The notes beneath the pieces are model-generated. The model made no database searches. It was not told the origin of the DNA and was given only the letters and a program-made list of their open reading frames with translations. 64,000 bases of DNA from Acidimicrobiia bacterium. Lineage in GTDB: Bacteria; Actinomycetota; Acidimicrobiia; Spongiisociales; Spongiisociaceae. Shown one piece after another: positions 38,035 through 47,034 of this stretch; position 1 is the first letter of the stretch; every line of letters starts with the position of its first letter. Both the position numbers and the translations under genes were made by a program. The DNA lies in NCBI GenBank assembly GCA_041576165.1, contig JBFGLM010000013.1, positions 1 to 64,000 of the forward strand, read 5' to 3'.

Positions 38035-38457
38035 TCAGCGCAACGCGCGTCCGGAGATCTCGGTCGGTCGTAGCCGGACCCACCGGGCATTGACACCTGG
38101 TTTGGCCCAACTCACCAGGCCGAGTGCGTCCAAGCGCTCCACCTCAGCCGGCTCGTATACCGCTTCGGCGGTGCCCCGGACGACCACGCTCCAGCCGCGG
38201 CGGGCTTCGGGCTCCCATCCATCTACTTCGAACGACATCGGTGCCCGTTGCCGGGCTGCATCGAGCTTCTCTCCGACGGTCGTGCGGAAGACGATGGTGC
38301 CGTCGACCAGAGCATGATTCACCGGCAGGATCAGCGGCTCACCTTTGCTCATGAATGCGACGCGGCCGACCGCCGTGCTCTCCAGCAGCCGGTTGCACTC
38401 CTCCGGCGAAAGGACCTGGAGTCCGCGCCGGTCCTGGGGTCGCGCAGATGTTTCCAT
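38035..38457 (-). CDS. Pyridoxamine 5'-phosphate oxidase-like protein
   Basis: LSPEEC..LL..VGRVAF, PVN, FRT..GEKL, FEVD, GWSVVVRG, ISGR. Confidence 0.88.
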   Translation of the reverse strand: METSARPQDRRGLQVLSPEECNRLLESTAVGRVAFMSKGEPLILPVNHALVDGTIVFRTTVGEKLDAARQRAPMSFEVDGWEPEARRGWSVVVRGTAEAVYEPAEVERLDALGLVSWAKPGVNARWVRLRPTEISGRALR

Positions 38458-38609
38458 GTGCTCAAACCTAGTCGGGCACACGCCGCATCCGACACCCGTT
38501 CGAGGTCACGACGCCGAGGGCACAACGACCCTGGCGCGTGCACCGGCTCCTCCTGGAGCATCTCCACGAGGCGTGACGCCGGCCGGTCTAGCCGCTAGTA
38601 AGTGGGGTC

Positions 38610-39071
38610 ATGGAAGAGCTCACGAGACCAGAGATAGACCATCTGCTCGCCACCCAGCCCGTGGCGCACATCGGTGTCGTATCGGACGGTGAACCCTACG
38701 TCACCCCTACGTCGTTCGTTTTCGTCGACGGATCGGTGTGGTTCCGCACCGCAGAAGGCCGGCGACTCGAGGCTTTGCGGTCCTCTCCCCGGACATGCGT
38801 GGAAGTGACCCGCTATCACCACTACACGGGGATGTGGGAGAGCGTCGTCGGATGGGGCGATGCGGTGGTCCAAGACGACCCCAGCCAGCAACTGCGGCTG
38901 GCTGACTTGCTCGAAAGAAAGTACCGCGACCCGCTGGAAGCACTCGAGGGGATCCCGATCGATCGGACGGACCATGAGGACATCGCCGCGGTCGAGATCC
39001 GGCTCGACGAGGTCAGCGGGCGGGCAGCGATGCGCACCGGGGGCAGGCGAACCCGACCCGGCCGCCTCTGA
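38610..39071 (+). CDS. Pyridoxamine 5'-phosphate oxidase-like protein
   Basis: PYVTP, FRTAEGRR, CVEV, WESVV, VSGR. Confidence 0.85.
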   Translation: MEELTRPEIDHLLATQPVAHIGVVSDGEPYVTPTSFVFVDGSVWFRTAEGRRLEALRSSPRTCVEVTRYHHYTGMWESVVGWGDAVVQDDPSQQLRLADLLERKYRDPLEALEGIPIDRTDHEDIAAVEIRLDEVSGRAAMRTGGRRTRPGRL

Positions 39072-39141
39072 CCGTCCCCGCCGGCCAGTCTGATCGTCGG
39101 CCGGCACCCCAACGAACTTCTGGCGGTCCTAGATTGGAGTC

Positions 39142-39726
39142 ATGGTCGATCGCCCGGATGCCGAGCGCCTGCCGGCGCGTGTCATTCCACTGGCGGGCTT
39201 CGTCGTGCTGCTCTGGTTGGTCGAAACTTTCGACCAGCTGGTGCGGGACGGCGCGCTCGACGCGGCCGGCATCATGCCGAGAGACCTGCGGGGGCTCGAT
39301 GGGATCTTCTGGGCCCCGTTGCTTCACGGCGGGTTCGGCCACCTGATGGCGAACACCCTGCCGCTCATCGTTCTCGGCGTGCTGGTTGCGCTGCAAGGCC
39401 CCGGCCGGTGGCTGTTCGTGACCGCCTTCATCGCTGTGGCCGGAGGTCTCGGCACCTGGCTGTTCGCCCGTCCGGCGGTGCACATTGGTGCGAGCATCAT
39501 CGTCTTCGGCTACATCACGTATCTCATCTCGGTCGGGTTCTTCGAGCGCCGGCTGCTGGGAATCGCGGTCGGCATCGCGATTCTCTTCGTTTACGGCGGG
39601 ACGCTCCTGACGGGTATCTTTCCAGTCCGATCAGGCATCTCCTGGGAGGGTCACTTGTTTGGGGCCCTGGCCGGGTTCGGGGCAGCTTGGCTCGTCGGGC
39701 GATCGCGGCATGCAGCTCCCACCTAG
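39142..39726 (+). CDS. Rhomboid family intramembrane serine protease
   Basis: LLHGGFGHLMAN, HIGAS, SWEGHLFG. Confidence 0.92.
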   Translation: MVDRPDAERLPARVIPLAGFVVLLWLVETFDQLVRDGALDAAGIMPRDLRGLDGIFWAPLLHGGFGHLMANTLPLIVLGVLVALQGPGRWLFVTAFIAVAGGLGTWLFARPAVHIGASIIVFGYITYLISVGFFERRLLGIAVGIAILFVYGGTLLTGIFPVRSGISWEGHLFGALAGFGAAWLVGRSRHAAPT

Positions 39727-39729
39727 CGG

Positions 39730-41817
39730 TCAGGCGCGCGGACGGGTTGCCCCCATCGTGATGTCGGTGTCGTCGACTACCAGCGTGGTCCCGGCCGTCA
39801 TGTCCGTCGCCCCGATCGGCAGCGTGACCACGAACTCAGACCATCCCTCCCGGTGACGGTATGCCAGGTCCCCGCTCATGAGGCGAGCCAGCATCCGGGA
39901 AACCTTCAGAGGATCTTGCTCAGTTTCGCCTCCCTCGTGGCCGCGCGTCGGCGGCTCAGCGGGAAAGGCCTGGTCCGCCTCGGTGCTCAGTGTCCGATTA
40001 TCGGCGACGATGATCATGGCGGCGTGGCCCCGTACGGCTCCCTCCACCCGCACGGCGCTTCGGGCATGAGACAGGGCATTCATCAGAAGATGCCGCAAGA
40101 TTTGGCGGAGACGGGTCGGGTCCGCCAGGACATGGAGTTCGTCGACGCTCGGGTCGATCGAAACGTCGGAACCTGCACCGACTGACCGAAGCACGTCCTG
40201 CACGGCGGACCCGACCCGCACGTCGGTGGGTTCGACCGCCAGCTCGTCGACATCGGCCCGGGCCGCCGCCAGCAAATCGTCGGTGATCCGGGCCATCTCG
40301 CCGCTTTGGACCGCGATAAGCCGGGTCAGGTCGGCGACCTCTCCCGCGGAGAACCGAGCCAGGTTGTCCGCCAGCTCGGTGGCGAATCCGAGTACGGCGC
40401 TGAGCGGCGAGCGCAGCTCGCCGGAGACGGCGCTGAGCAGCTGATTCTTGGCGAGCGCGGCGTTGCGCGCCTCGTTCAGCGCCGCACGGTGGCGGGAGAC
40501 ATCACGAGCGATGACCGCGAATGACCGGCCGCCTTCATGCTGATCTTGGGCCACCGTGACTACCAGCGAGAACGGCACCGGCGCGCCGGTAGCACCACGC
40601 GGGAGATCGGTTTCGAGCTCGATGGTCGAGCCCTCCGGCAGTTGCGACCAGTGCGGATAGCTCTCGTCGAGCTTCTCCATGATGCACTCGAACGCGCGAT
40701 CTCGTGCGTCGGCCGTGCTTCCAAAGAACTGCAAGAAAGCTGCGTTGACGTGATGTCTACGGCGGAGCGCATCCCATACTGCGACCAAGTCGGTGGTGGC
40801 GTCGATCGCCTGCGCAAAGCGCTGCGAACGAATGGTCGTAGCAATCTTCTCGGTGACCTCTAGCACCGTGAAGACATACAAGGGCGCGCCGTCGGGCTGC
40901 AGCAAGGGTTCGCTCATGGCCACGTCGAGCCACGCGAGCGAACCGTCGGCTCGTTTCACCGCGTGAGAGAACTGCAAGCTGCGCCGGTTGAGCTGGGCAT
41001 CGATGATCATCGGCTCGATACGATCGAGAACCCCGGCCGGGACCGCTTCGGTGGCGCCGGTTGCCTCTACCTGTTGCGGTGTTAGGCCGAGCATTTCGTG
41101 CAGCCGGGGGTTCATGTAGATGAACCGCCCGTGCCGGTCCTGGATCGCCATCCCGATCGGGGAGCTCTCCGTCAGCATCTCGAGCTGGCGGATGCGCCCA
41201 TCGAGTTCGCCGGCTTGCCGCCGTAACGACCACCCGACCTCGAGGATGAGCACGGCCGCCACCGCAACGACCGCAATCGCCGACACGGCCAGGTAGGTCG
41301 CCACCCGATCATCGGTGAGCGCCGCCGGACGCGCCACCACATCGACCAGAATCAGTGCGAGTCCTCCGCCGAGGGGCACCACGGCCAACAGCCCGAGGCC
41401 CATCCGTGGTCTCACAACGGCCAGCAGCATCGGCACCAGCACCACCAGCCATGGCACTGCCACCCGGGCGTCGCCGGCTACGACCGCCAGGGAGACGGCG
41501 ACCCCGCTATCGAAGACGATCGCCACCGGAGCAAATCGGGTGTCGCTCTCGGCCACGACCATGCTGGTGAAGAGCAGGTGAATCGCCGAGATGCCGAGCA
41601 TCCACGGTGTCACGTCCCACAGGAGGCTCAGCCCGGCGTGAATCAGGACGCCACACAGCGCGGCCACAGACCTGGCCCGGGTGAGGGCCTGATTGGCGGC
41701 CGCCTCGGCCAGCACCGGCCGGGAAGGCTTGACTCCCTGGTTCGATGCACCGGCAGGACCCGGTCCCGCGGGCTGGGGTTGATGGGTCACGAGATCCCCC
41801 GAGCTAGGCCGGGTCAC
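39730..41817 (-). CDS. Membrane PAS-PAS histidine kinase-like protein with degenerate catalytic motifs
   Basis: TM N-terminus, two PAS domains, VSGELRSPL in place of VSHELRTPL, eroded G boxes. Confidence 0.8.
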   Translation of the reverse strand: MTRPSSGDLVTHQPQPAGPGPAGASNQGVKPSRPVLAEAAANQALTRARSVAALCGVLIHAGLSLLWDVTPWMLGISAIHLLFTSMVVAESDTRFAPVAIVFDSGVAVSLAVVAGDARVAVPWLVVLVPMLLAVVRPRMGLGLLAVVPLGGGLALILVDVVARPAALTDDRVATYLAVSAIAVVAVAAVLILEVGWSLRRQAGELDGRIRQLEMLTESSPIGMAIQDRHGRFIYMNPRLHEMLGLTPQQVEATGATEAVPAGVLDRIEPMIIDAQLNRRSLQFSHAVKRADGSLAWLDVAMSEPLLQPDGAPLYVFTVLEVTEKIATTIRSQRFAQAIDATTDLVAVWDALRRRHHVNAAFLQFFGSTADARDRAFECIMEKLDESYPHWSQLPEGSTIELETDLPRGATGAPVPFSLVVTVAQDQHEGGRSFAVIARDVSRHRAALNEARNAALAKNQLLSAVSGELRSPLSAVLGFATELADNLARFSAGEVADLTRLIAVQSGEMARITDDLLAAARADVDELAVEPTDVRVGSAVQDVLRSVGAGSDVSIDPSVDELHVLADPTRLRQILRHLLMNALSHARSAVRVEGAVRGHAAMIIVADNRTLSTEADQAFPAEPPTRGHEGGETEQDPLKVSRMLARLMSGDLAYRHREGWSEFVVTLPIGATDMTAGTTLVVDDTDITMGATRPRA

Positions 41818-41866
41818 AGTACCGGCCGACGAGCCGGCTGACGAACATCGGGCCGGCTTGGTCTGC

Positions 41867-42103
41867 TCAGTCGCTTCCGGCCCTGCCCCGAATCGCCCCC
41901 ATGAGCTCCTTGCAGGTGGGACAGATGGGATATCGGTCGGGATCGCGGTTCGGAATCCACTTCTTCCCGCACAGCGCTACCACCTCAACACCCTCGACGT
42001 TGCTCCGCAGAATGTCGGCTTTCTTGACGTAATGCGCGAAGCGGTCGTGGCTCCCGTCGCCGAGTTTCGGGTCGACTAGCGGCTTGATCGTCGTGTCGGT
42101 CAC
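41867..42103 (-). CDS. DUF3039 domain protein
   Basis: HDRFAHYV, ALCGKKWIP, CPTCK. Confidence 0.88.
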   Translation of the reverse strand: MTDTTIKPLVDPKLGDGSHDRFAHYVKKADILRSNVEGVEVVALCGKKWIPNRDPDRYPICPTCKELMGAIRGRAGSD

Positions 42104-43032
42104 ACCCCCATTCTGGCATCCGCCGAGTCCTCGTCCGACATGGGCCACAACCATGCCGCTCCGCGCACCCCGCCGGAATCACCGTGCTGGTTGCGGACCA
42201 GCCGTGTGACCACGGTGTCGGAGAAGACGTATGCCTCCCACAATTCAGGGACGCGCTCGTACAGAAAATCGACGTTGGACACACCGCCCCCCAACACCAC
42301 AACGTGCGGATCCAGGATGTTGATCACCGTCGCAAGCGACCGAGCCAGCCGGTCCGCGTACCTTTCCAGCGTCCGAGCGCTTGGCTCATCACCGGCTGCA
42401 GCGCGCCTGGCGATCTCTCGAGCGGCGAGGTTCCCAGCCTCCACCTGGCGGTGGTCCCGCTCCATGCCCGGACCGGACAGATACGTTTCCACACACGCGA
42501 CCCTCCCGCAGTAGCAGGATGGAAAGGGCGTGTCGCCGTCGCCGGCATACGGAAGCGGGTTGTGGCCCCACTCACCAGCGATGGCGTTGGGGCCGGCCAC
42601 CAAGCCGCCATCTATCACGATGCCACCTCCCACTCCCGTGCCGAGGATCACGCCGAACACAGTCGTGGCCCCGGCCGCCGCCCCGTCGGTGGCTTCCGAC
42701 AGCGCAAAACAATCTGCGTCATTCGCCATCCGGATCGGGCGCCCCAGCGCCGCGGCGACGTCCTGGTCGAGAGGGCGATCGTTGAGAACAACCGAATTCG
42801 CGTTCTTGATGACGCCGGTCGCGGGCGAGATCGCCCCGGGCGTGCCGATCCCGACGGTGCCGGTGACTCCAGCCACGGACTCCACGTGGCGCACAACCTG
42901 GGCGATTGCCGCCACCGTTGCGGCGTAGTCGTTCTTCGGAGTCGGCACCCGATGGCGAGCAACTTCGCGACCGGTCCGGTCGATCGCGATGGCTTCGACC
43001 TTCGTGCCGCCCAGGTCTACCCCAACTCGCAT
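42100..43032 (-). CDS. ROK family sugar kinase (fructokinase Mak-like)
   Basis: DLGGTK, NDADC, GTGVGGG, GEWGH, CYCG...CVE. Confidence 0.92.
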   Translation of the reverse strand: MRVGVDLGGTKVEAIAIDRTGREVARHRVPTPKNDYAATVAAIAQVVRHVESVAGVTGTVGIGTPGAISPATGVIKNANSVVLNDRPLDQDVAAALGRPIRMANDADCFALSEATDGAAAGATTVFGVILGTGVGGGIVIDGGLVAGPNAIAGEWGHNPLPYAGDGDTPFPSCYCGRVACVETYLSGPGMERDHRQVEAGNLAAREIARRAAAGDEPSARTLERYADRLARSLATVINILDPHVVVLGGGVSNVDFLYERVPELWEAYVFSDTVVTRLVRNQHGDSGGVRGAAWLWPMSDEDSADARMGV

Positions 43033-43227
43033 ACGATCAACCGGGGGCTACCGGGCGCCCGAGATGCTCCCGGCATCGCGGGCCCGCCGGGTGCGGTGCG
43101 TGGGGGACCGGCACGTCGTCATTGCCCGCGCTTGGCTCAGACCCGACCCAAGGGAAGGCGACGGAGCTGGGATGTGACATGGCGAGGCATCGTAGACGCC
43201 GGCCCGCAATCGATCACGTGGCGACGC

Positions 43228-44631
43228 CTAGGGGGAGTCGCCCTCGGTCACCAGATTGCCCACGCCCGCCCGTTTCATGTCGCCCCAGTTGACGTGCCCA
43301 TTCCAGAACAGTGAGCGCACCCGCCACCACACCGTGCGCTGACGGATCAACATGTGCTCGCGCAGCGCGTACCAGAGCAGCCGGAACGCATGGTGAGGAT
43401 GGCTGTAGAGGCCGAAGCGCTCGTCGAGGAACATCGCGATCAGCGTGTTGATCACCCCGATGGCGACCGCAAATATGACAAGCAGCATGACCCGCACCGG
43501 GTCCGCATGCCCGGTGAGCAGCAAGAAGGGCACCAGCAAGTAGCCGAGGAACTCAACGACCGGCGCGACGAACTCGAAAAGTACGAACTGGGGCCAGGCC
43601 ACCATTCCCAAGAACCCGTACCGCGGCCGGAACAGCATCGATGCGTACTCACGGATCACCTGGCTCAGGCCCCGGTGCCACCGAATCCGCTGCTTGCGCA
43701 GAACTTCATACGTCGACGGGACCTCGGTCCACGCGACCGCGTCGGGCACATACACGATGCGGTAGGGACGCTTCGATTCCCGGAACGCCCGATGGAGGCG
43801 CATCGTCAGCTCTAGGTCTTCACCCAGGTGGCCCCGGCGGAATCCCCCGACCTCGATGACGGCATCCTTTCGAAACAGACCCAAGGCGCCAGAAATCAGC
43901 AGCAGCGCATTCATCCCGGACCAAGCCGGACGGGCAGCCAGGAACGACCGCAGATACTCGAGAATCTGCACCACCTCGACCGGGCGCGGCGGAAGGCCGA
44001 CCCGGGTGACCTTACCGCGCCTGACGCGGCTTCCATTCAGCGGGCGGACGTTGCCGCCGACCGCGATGACCCGGCTGCGATCTTCTGCCACCGGCCGGAC
44101 CAGCCGCAGGAGGCACTCCTCGTCGAGGATGATGTCGGCGTCGGTCGCCAGTACATACGGATACTTCGATGCGTTGATGCCGGCGTTGATGGCATCGCCT
44201 TTGCCGCCGTTCTCTTTGTCAACGACCACGACCGGCAGCGGCAGCTTGGTGCGGTAGGTCGCCCTGATCGGCTCGGTATCGATCATGACCCGAATCGGCA
44301 TGTCGACCTGATACAGGTGAAACGCGGCGTGGAGCTTCTGCAATGTGTCGTCGGTGCTGCCGTCGTTGACGACCACGATCTCCAGTCTCGGATACCGCAG
44401 CATTGCCAGCGAGCGCACCGCGTCGGCGATGCCCACGCCCTCGTTGTAGGCCGGGACGATGATGGAAACCGGTGGAGTGCTGACTGATTGGAGCATGTCG
44501 AACAACCGCCCGTGCAACGCCCAGAACTGCTGGCGGTGCAGCCACATCCACGATCCCGAGGCGAGGACCAGAACGCCGATCTCGAGCACGATGACGTACC
44601 CGAGAATGATGTATGCGAGGTAGTCCAGCAC
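43228..44631 (-). CDS. Processive GT2 glycosyltransferase (IcaA/PgaC-like)
   Basis: PAYNE, NDGSTD, NGGKGDA, DAD, GED, QRIRW; TM helices. Confidence 0.92.
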   Translation of the reverse strand: MLDYLAYIILGYVIVLEIGVLVLASGSWMWLHRQQFWALHGRLFDMLQSVSTPPVSIIVPAYNEGVGIADAVRSLAMLRYPRLEIVVVNDGSTDDTLQKLHAAFHLYQVDMPIRVMIDTEPIRATYRTKLPLPVVVVDKENGGKGDAINAGINASKYPYVLATDADIILDEECLLRLVRPVAEDRSRVIAVGGNVRPLNGSRVRRGKVTRVGLPPRPVEVVQILEYLRSFLAARPAWSGMNALLLISGALGLFRKDAVIEVGGFRRGHLGEDLELTMRLHRAFRESKRPYRIVYVPDAVAWTEVPSTYEVLRKQRIRWHRGLSQVIREYASMLFRPRYGFLGMVAWPQFVLFEFVAPVVEFLGYLLVPFLLLTGHADPVRVMLLVIFAVAIGVINTLIAMFLDERFGLYSHPHHAFRLLWYALREHMLIRQRTVWWRVRSLFWNGHVNWGDMKRAGVGNLVTEGDSP

Positions 44632-44633
44632 GC

Positions 44634-46460
44634 TCAGCTCGCTCGCTGCGCGGCGGCCGGCGAGTCGTGTAGACCATGCGAGTCGAGCGCCTCATCCAGC
44701 GCGGAGAGGGCTGCCTGGCGCGGCGTGGCGCCCGGCGAGGCAGCCGATCCCTCGTCGGCGTCGGCCTGGCCTGGCGCCGGGTCGGCTTGGAGATCGTCCT
44801 CGCCGGTCGAGTCCGGCGCGACCGGGGGGTGGTTGTCGTGCGGGCGCGGCGCGGACGGACCCACCGGACCGCTTTCCTCTGCCCCGACCGCTGCGGCTTC
44901 GGTTGACCTCTCAACGTTGCCTGTGATTGTGGTCATTCGGTCCTCATCCTCTGTGGTGGTTGTTTGGTCCAGTGCAGGAAGCGACTGCATCTGCTGGCGG
45001 ATCCAATCCGGCATTCCATCCGGATCACCGCCACCGTGTGGCGGGTCAGCTCCGACGATCGGCACCTTTCGGTTCGATGCCGACCCCAATTCAGTGGCCT
45101 CCGGCACAGGATCGTCTGCGGGCACCATGGGCTCCGATCCGGCCGGTGATTCGCGGTGCAGACCCGACGAGGACGACGCCACCTGCGCGGCCTCGCCGCC
45201 CCCGCCGTCCGGCTCAGGCAGACCGGTCGGAGGGTCTGGTGTGGGGTCGGTGCCCCGACGCTCGGGTTCGCCCGGTGTATCCAGGGTTCGCACCCGGGTG
45301 TGCAGCACGTCCAGCTGATCCTGGATCCAATCCGGACTGTCGTCGGACACCGACTCGGCTGTCTCCAACGCTCGGAGTTGGTCCTCCACCCAGTCGTCGC
45401 CCATCGGAGCATCACCGGCTCCGGCCGGGATCCCCAGCATCATCAGCTGTTCGCGGGCTGCGTCACGGGCGAACAGATCACGGTCTCGTAACGCTCGCTG
45501 AAGCGCGGCAACGCCTCCTGGAAGCTGAGCCAGGGCTCCGGCAGAGTTCTTGCGAACCCACCACTCACGATCGCGGAGACCCTCCGCCAGTGGAGCTATT
45601 GCCCGGTCGTCGAAGTGGGCGCCCAGCGACTTGGCGGCCCGGGCCCTGACCCGTCCATCCGGGTCGTCCATCGCTCCGATCAGCGGGGCAACACACTGGG
45701 TGGTCCCGCACGTCTGGAGCGCGCCCGCCGCTACCAGACGCGTCTCGGCCTCGGTGCCGGCAAGCGCATGCAGCAGTGTCGGCTCCGCCCGGTGGTCACC
45801 GATCTGGCCGAGGGTTCGCAGCGCCAGCTGACCGTACGTGGGCATTTGCTCGGACAGATCGCCCAGGTACTCGAGAAGACCGTCGACCGCGGCAGTGCCG
45901 AGTGATGCGAGGTGATCCATCGTTCGGGCTGCGTCCCACTCCGTTTCACGGTCGATCGAACCCAGGATCGCTCCGACGGCGTCCGGTTCGCCGATCTTGG
46001 CCAAGGCAGCCGACGCGTTGATGCGGACCCCGCTCTCCGGGTCGTTGAGCGCGGCGGCTAGGGGCCGAGCCGTCTTCGGGTCGGCCAGCTCTGCCAGCAT
46101 CAGCGCAGCCCGGATGCGCGCTTTTCTCCGGCGCGATTTGCGCAATGTGACCACGGCCGCGTCGACAATCCCGAGATCGCGAGCGACCCGCAGCAACCGG
46201 TCGCGTTCGATGCCGTCGAGGAGGCGGATGAAGTCGACCAGCGCCGACCGGAACACGGGGTCATCGGTCCAGGAGGCCAGGATCTCCTGCGGATAGCTTC
46301 CCCGAGCGGTCAGCTCGCCGAATACGGCGACATAGGAGGCGCGACGAACTGCCTCGAACCGTCTCCTCCAGCTGTTGAGCCATTTGGTGAGGAGTAGAGC
46401 GGTTGCAAGAAGCAGCATCGAGGCGACTGACGTCAGCGCAGCAAGTGAAGGGGAGGTCAC
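44634..46460 (-). CDS. Membrane-anchored HEAT-repeat protein with a long acidic disordered tail
   Basis: N-terminal TM helix; repeated L.D....VR..AA..L units; low-complexity C-terminus. Confidence 0.85.
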   Translation of the reverse strand: MTSPSLAALTSVASMLLLATALLLTKWLNSWRRRFEAVRRASYVAVFGELTARGSYPQEILASWTDDPVFRSALVDFIRLLDGIERDRLLRVARDLGIVDAAVVTLRKSRRRKARIRAALMLAELADPKTARPLAAALNDPESGVRINASAALAKIGEPDAVGAILGSIDRETEWDAARTMDHLASLGTAAVDGLLEYLGDLSEQMPTYGQLALRTLGQIGDHRAEPTLLHALAGTEAETRLVAAGALQTCGTTQCVAPLIGAMDDPDGRVRARAAKSLGAHFDDRAIAPLAEGLRDREWWVRKNSAGALAQLPGGVAALQRALRDRDLFARDAAREQLMMLGIPAGAGDAPMGDDWVEDQLRALETAESVSDDSPDWIQDQLDVLHTRVRTLDTPGEPERRGTDPTPDPPTGLPEPDGGGGEAAQVASSSSGLHRESPAGSEPMVPADDPVPEATELGSASNRKVPIVGADPPHGGGDPDGMPDWIRQQMQSLPALDQTTTTEDEDRMTTITGNVERSTEAAAVGAEESGPVGPSAPRPHDNHPPVAPDSTGEDDLQADPAPGQADADEGSAASPGATPRQAALSALDEALDSHGLHDSPAAAQRAS

Positions 46461-46518
46461 GGCTCGCCCCGGCAGCGCGGGCTAGCGCGGGCCGACCAAC
46501 CCGAAAATCGGCGCATTA

Positions 46519-46908
46519 TCAGTCCAGAGAGCTCGTCGTGGCGGAGCGCCGCAGCTGCACCTTGACCCGGGCCAACAGCTCGCGGATCCGGAAAGGCTTG
46601 GTGATGTAGTCGGATGCTCCGAGCTCGAGGCTTTGAACGATGTCATCTTCGGCGTTGGAACCCGACACCATGATCACCGGAAACGGGCGGGCCGCTGTCT
46701 GCCACCGGTTGAGCACTTCGATACCAAGCAAACCCGGGAGGAACATGTCGACCAGCGCCAGGTCGAAATGCTCGCGCATGCCGAGGTCATAGGCTTCATA
46801 CCCGTCGAAGCTCTGCACTACCTCGCATCCGAGAGATTCGACGGCGCGCGTCACAAGCGTGGAGACTGTCCGCTCGTCATCGACGACGAGCACCCGTTTG
46901 CTCGTCAT
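46519..46908 (-). CDS. Single-domain response regulator (receiver only)
   Basis: LVVDDE, LVDMFLPG, MVSG, GASDYITKPF. Confidence 0.9.
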   Translation of the reverse strand: MTSKRVLVVDDERTVSTLVTRAVESLGCEVVQSFDGYEAYDLGMREHFDLALVDMFLPGLLGIEVLNRWQTAARPFPVIMVSGSNAEDDIVQSLELGASDYITKPFRIRELLARVKVQLRRSATTSSLD

Positions 46909-47034
46909 GGCATCCCTCTTCTACCGATGTGGTCTCATGCCGCCGGGGCAAGGTGACATCATCAATGATCGGTCACGCGATGTGACAAGTTGAGGAAACA
47001 ACCACTGGCCGTGTTCTTGGCTGGGACCGGGGAG

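Noticed and set aside
38518-38531. GGGCACAACGACCC as another DosR box
   Set aside because: The context is plausible but the match is weaker and unpaired, so I did not call it
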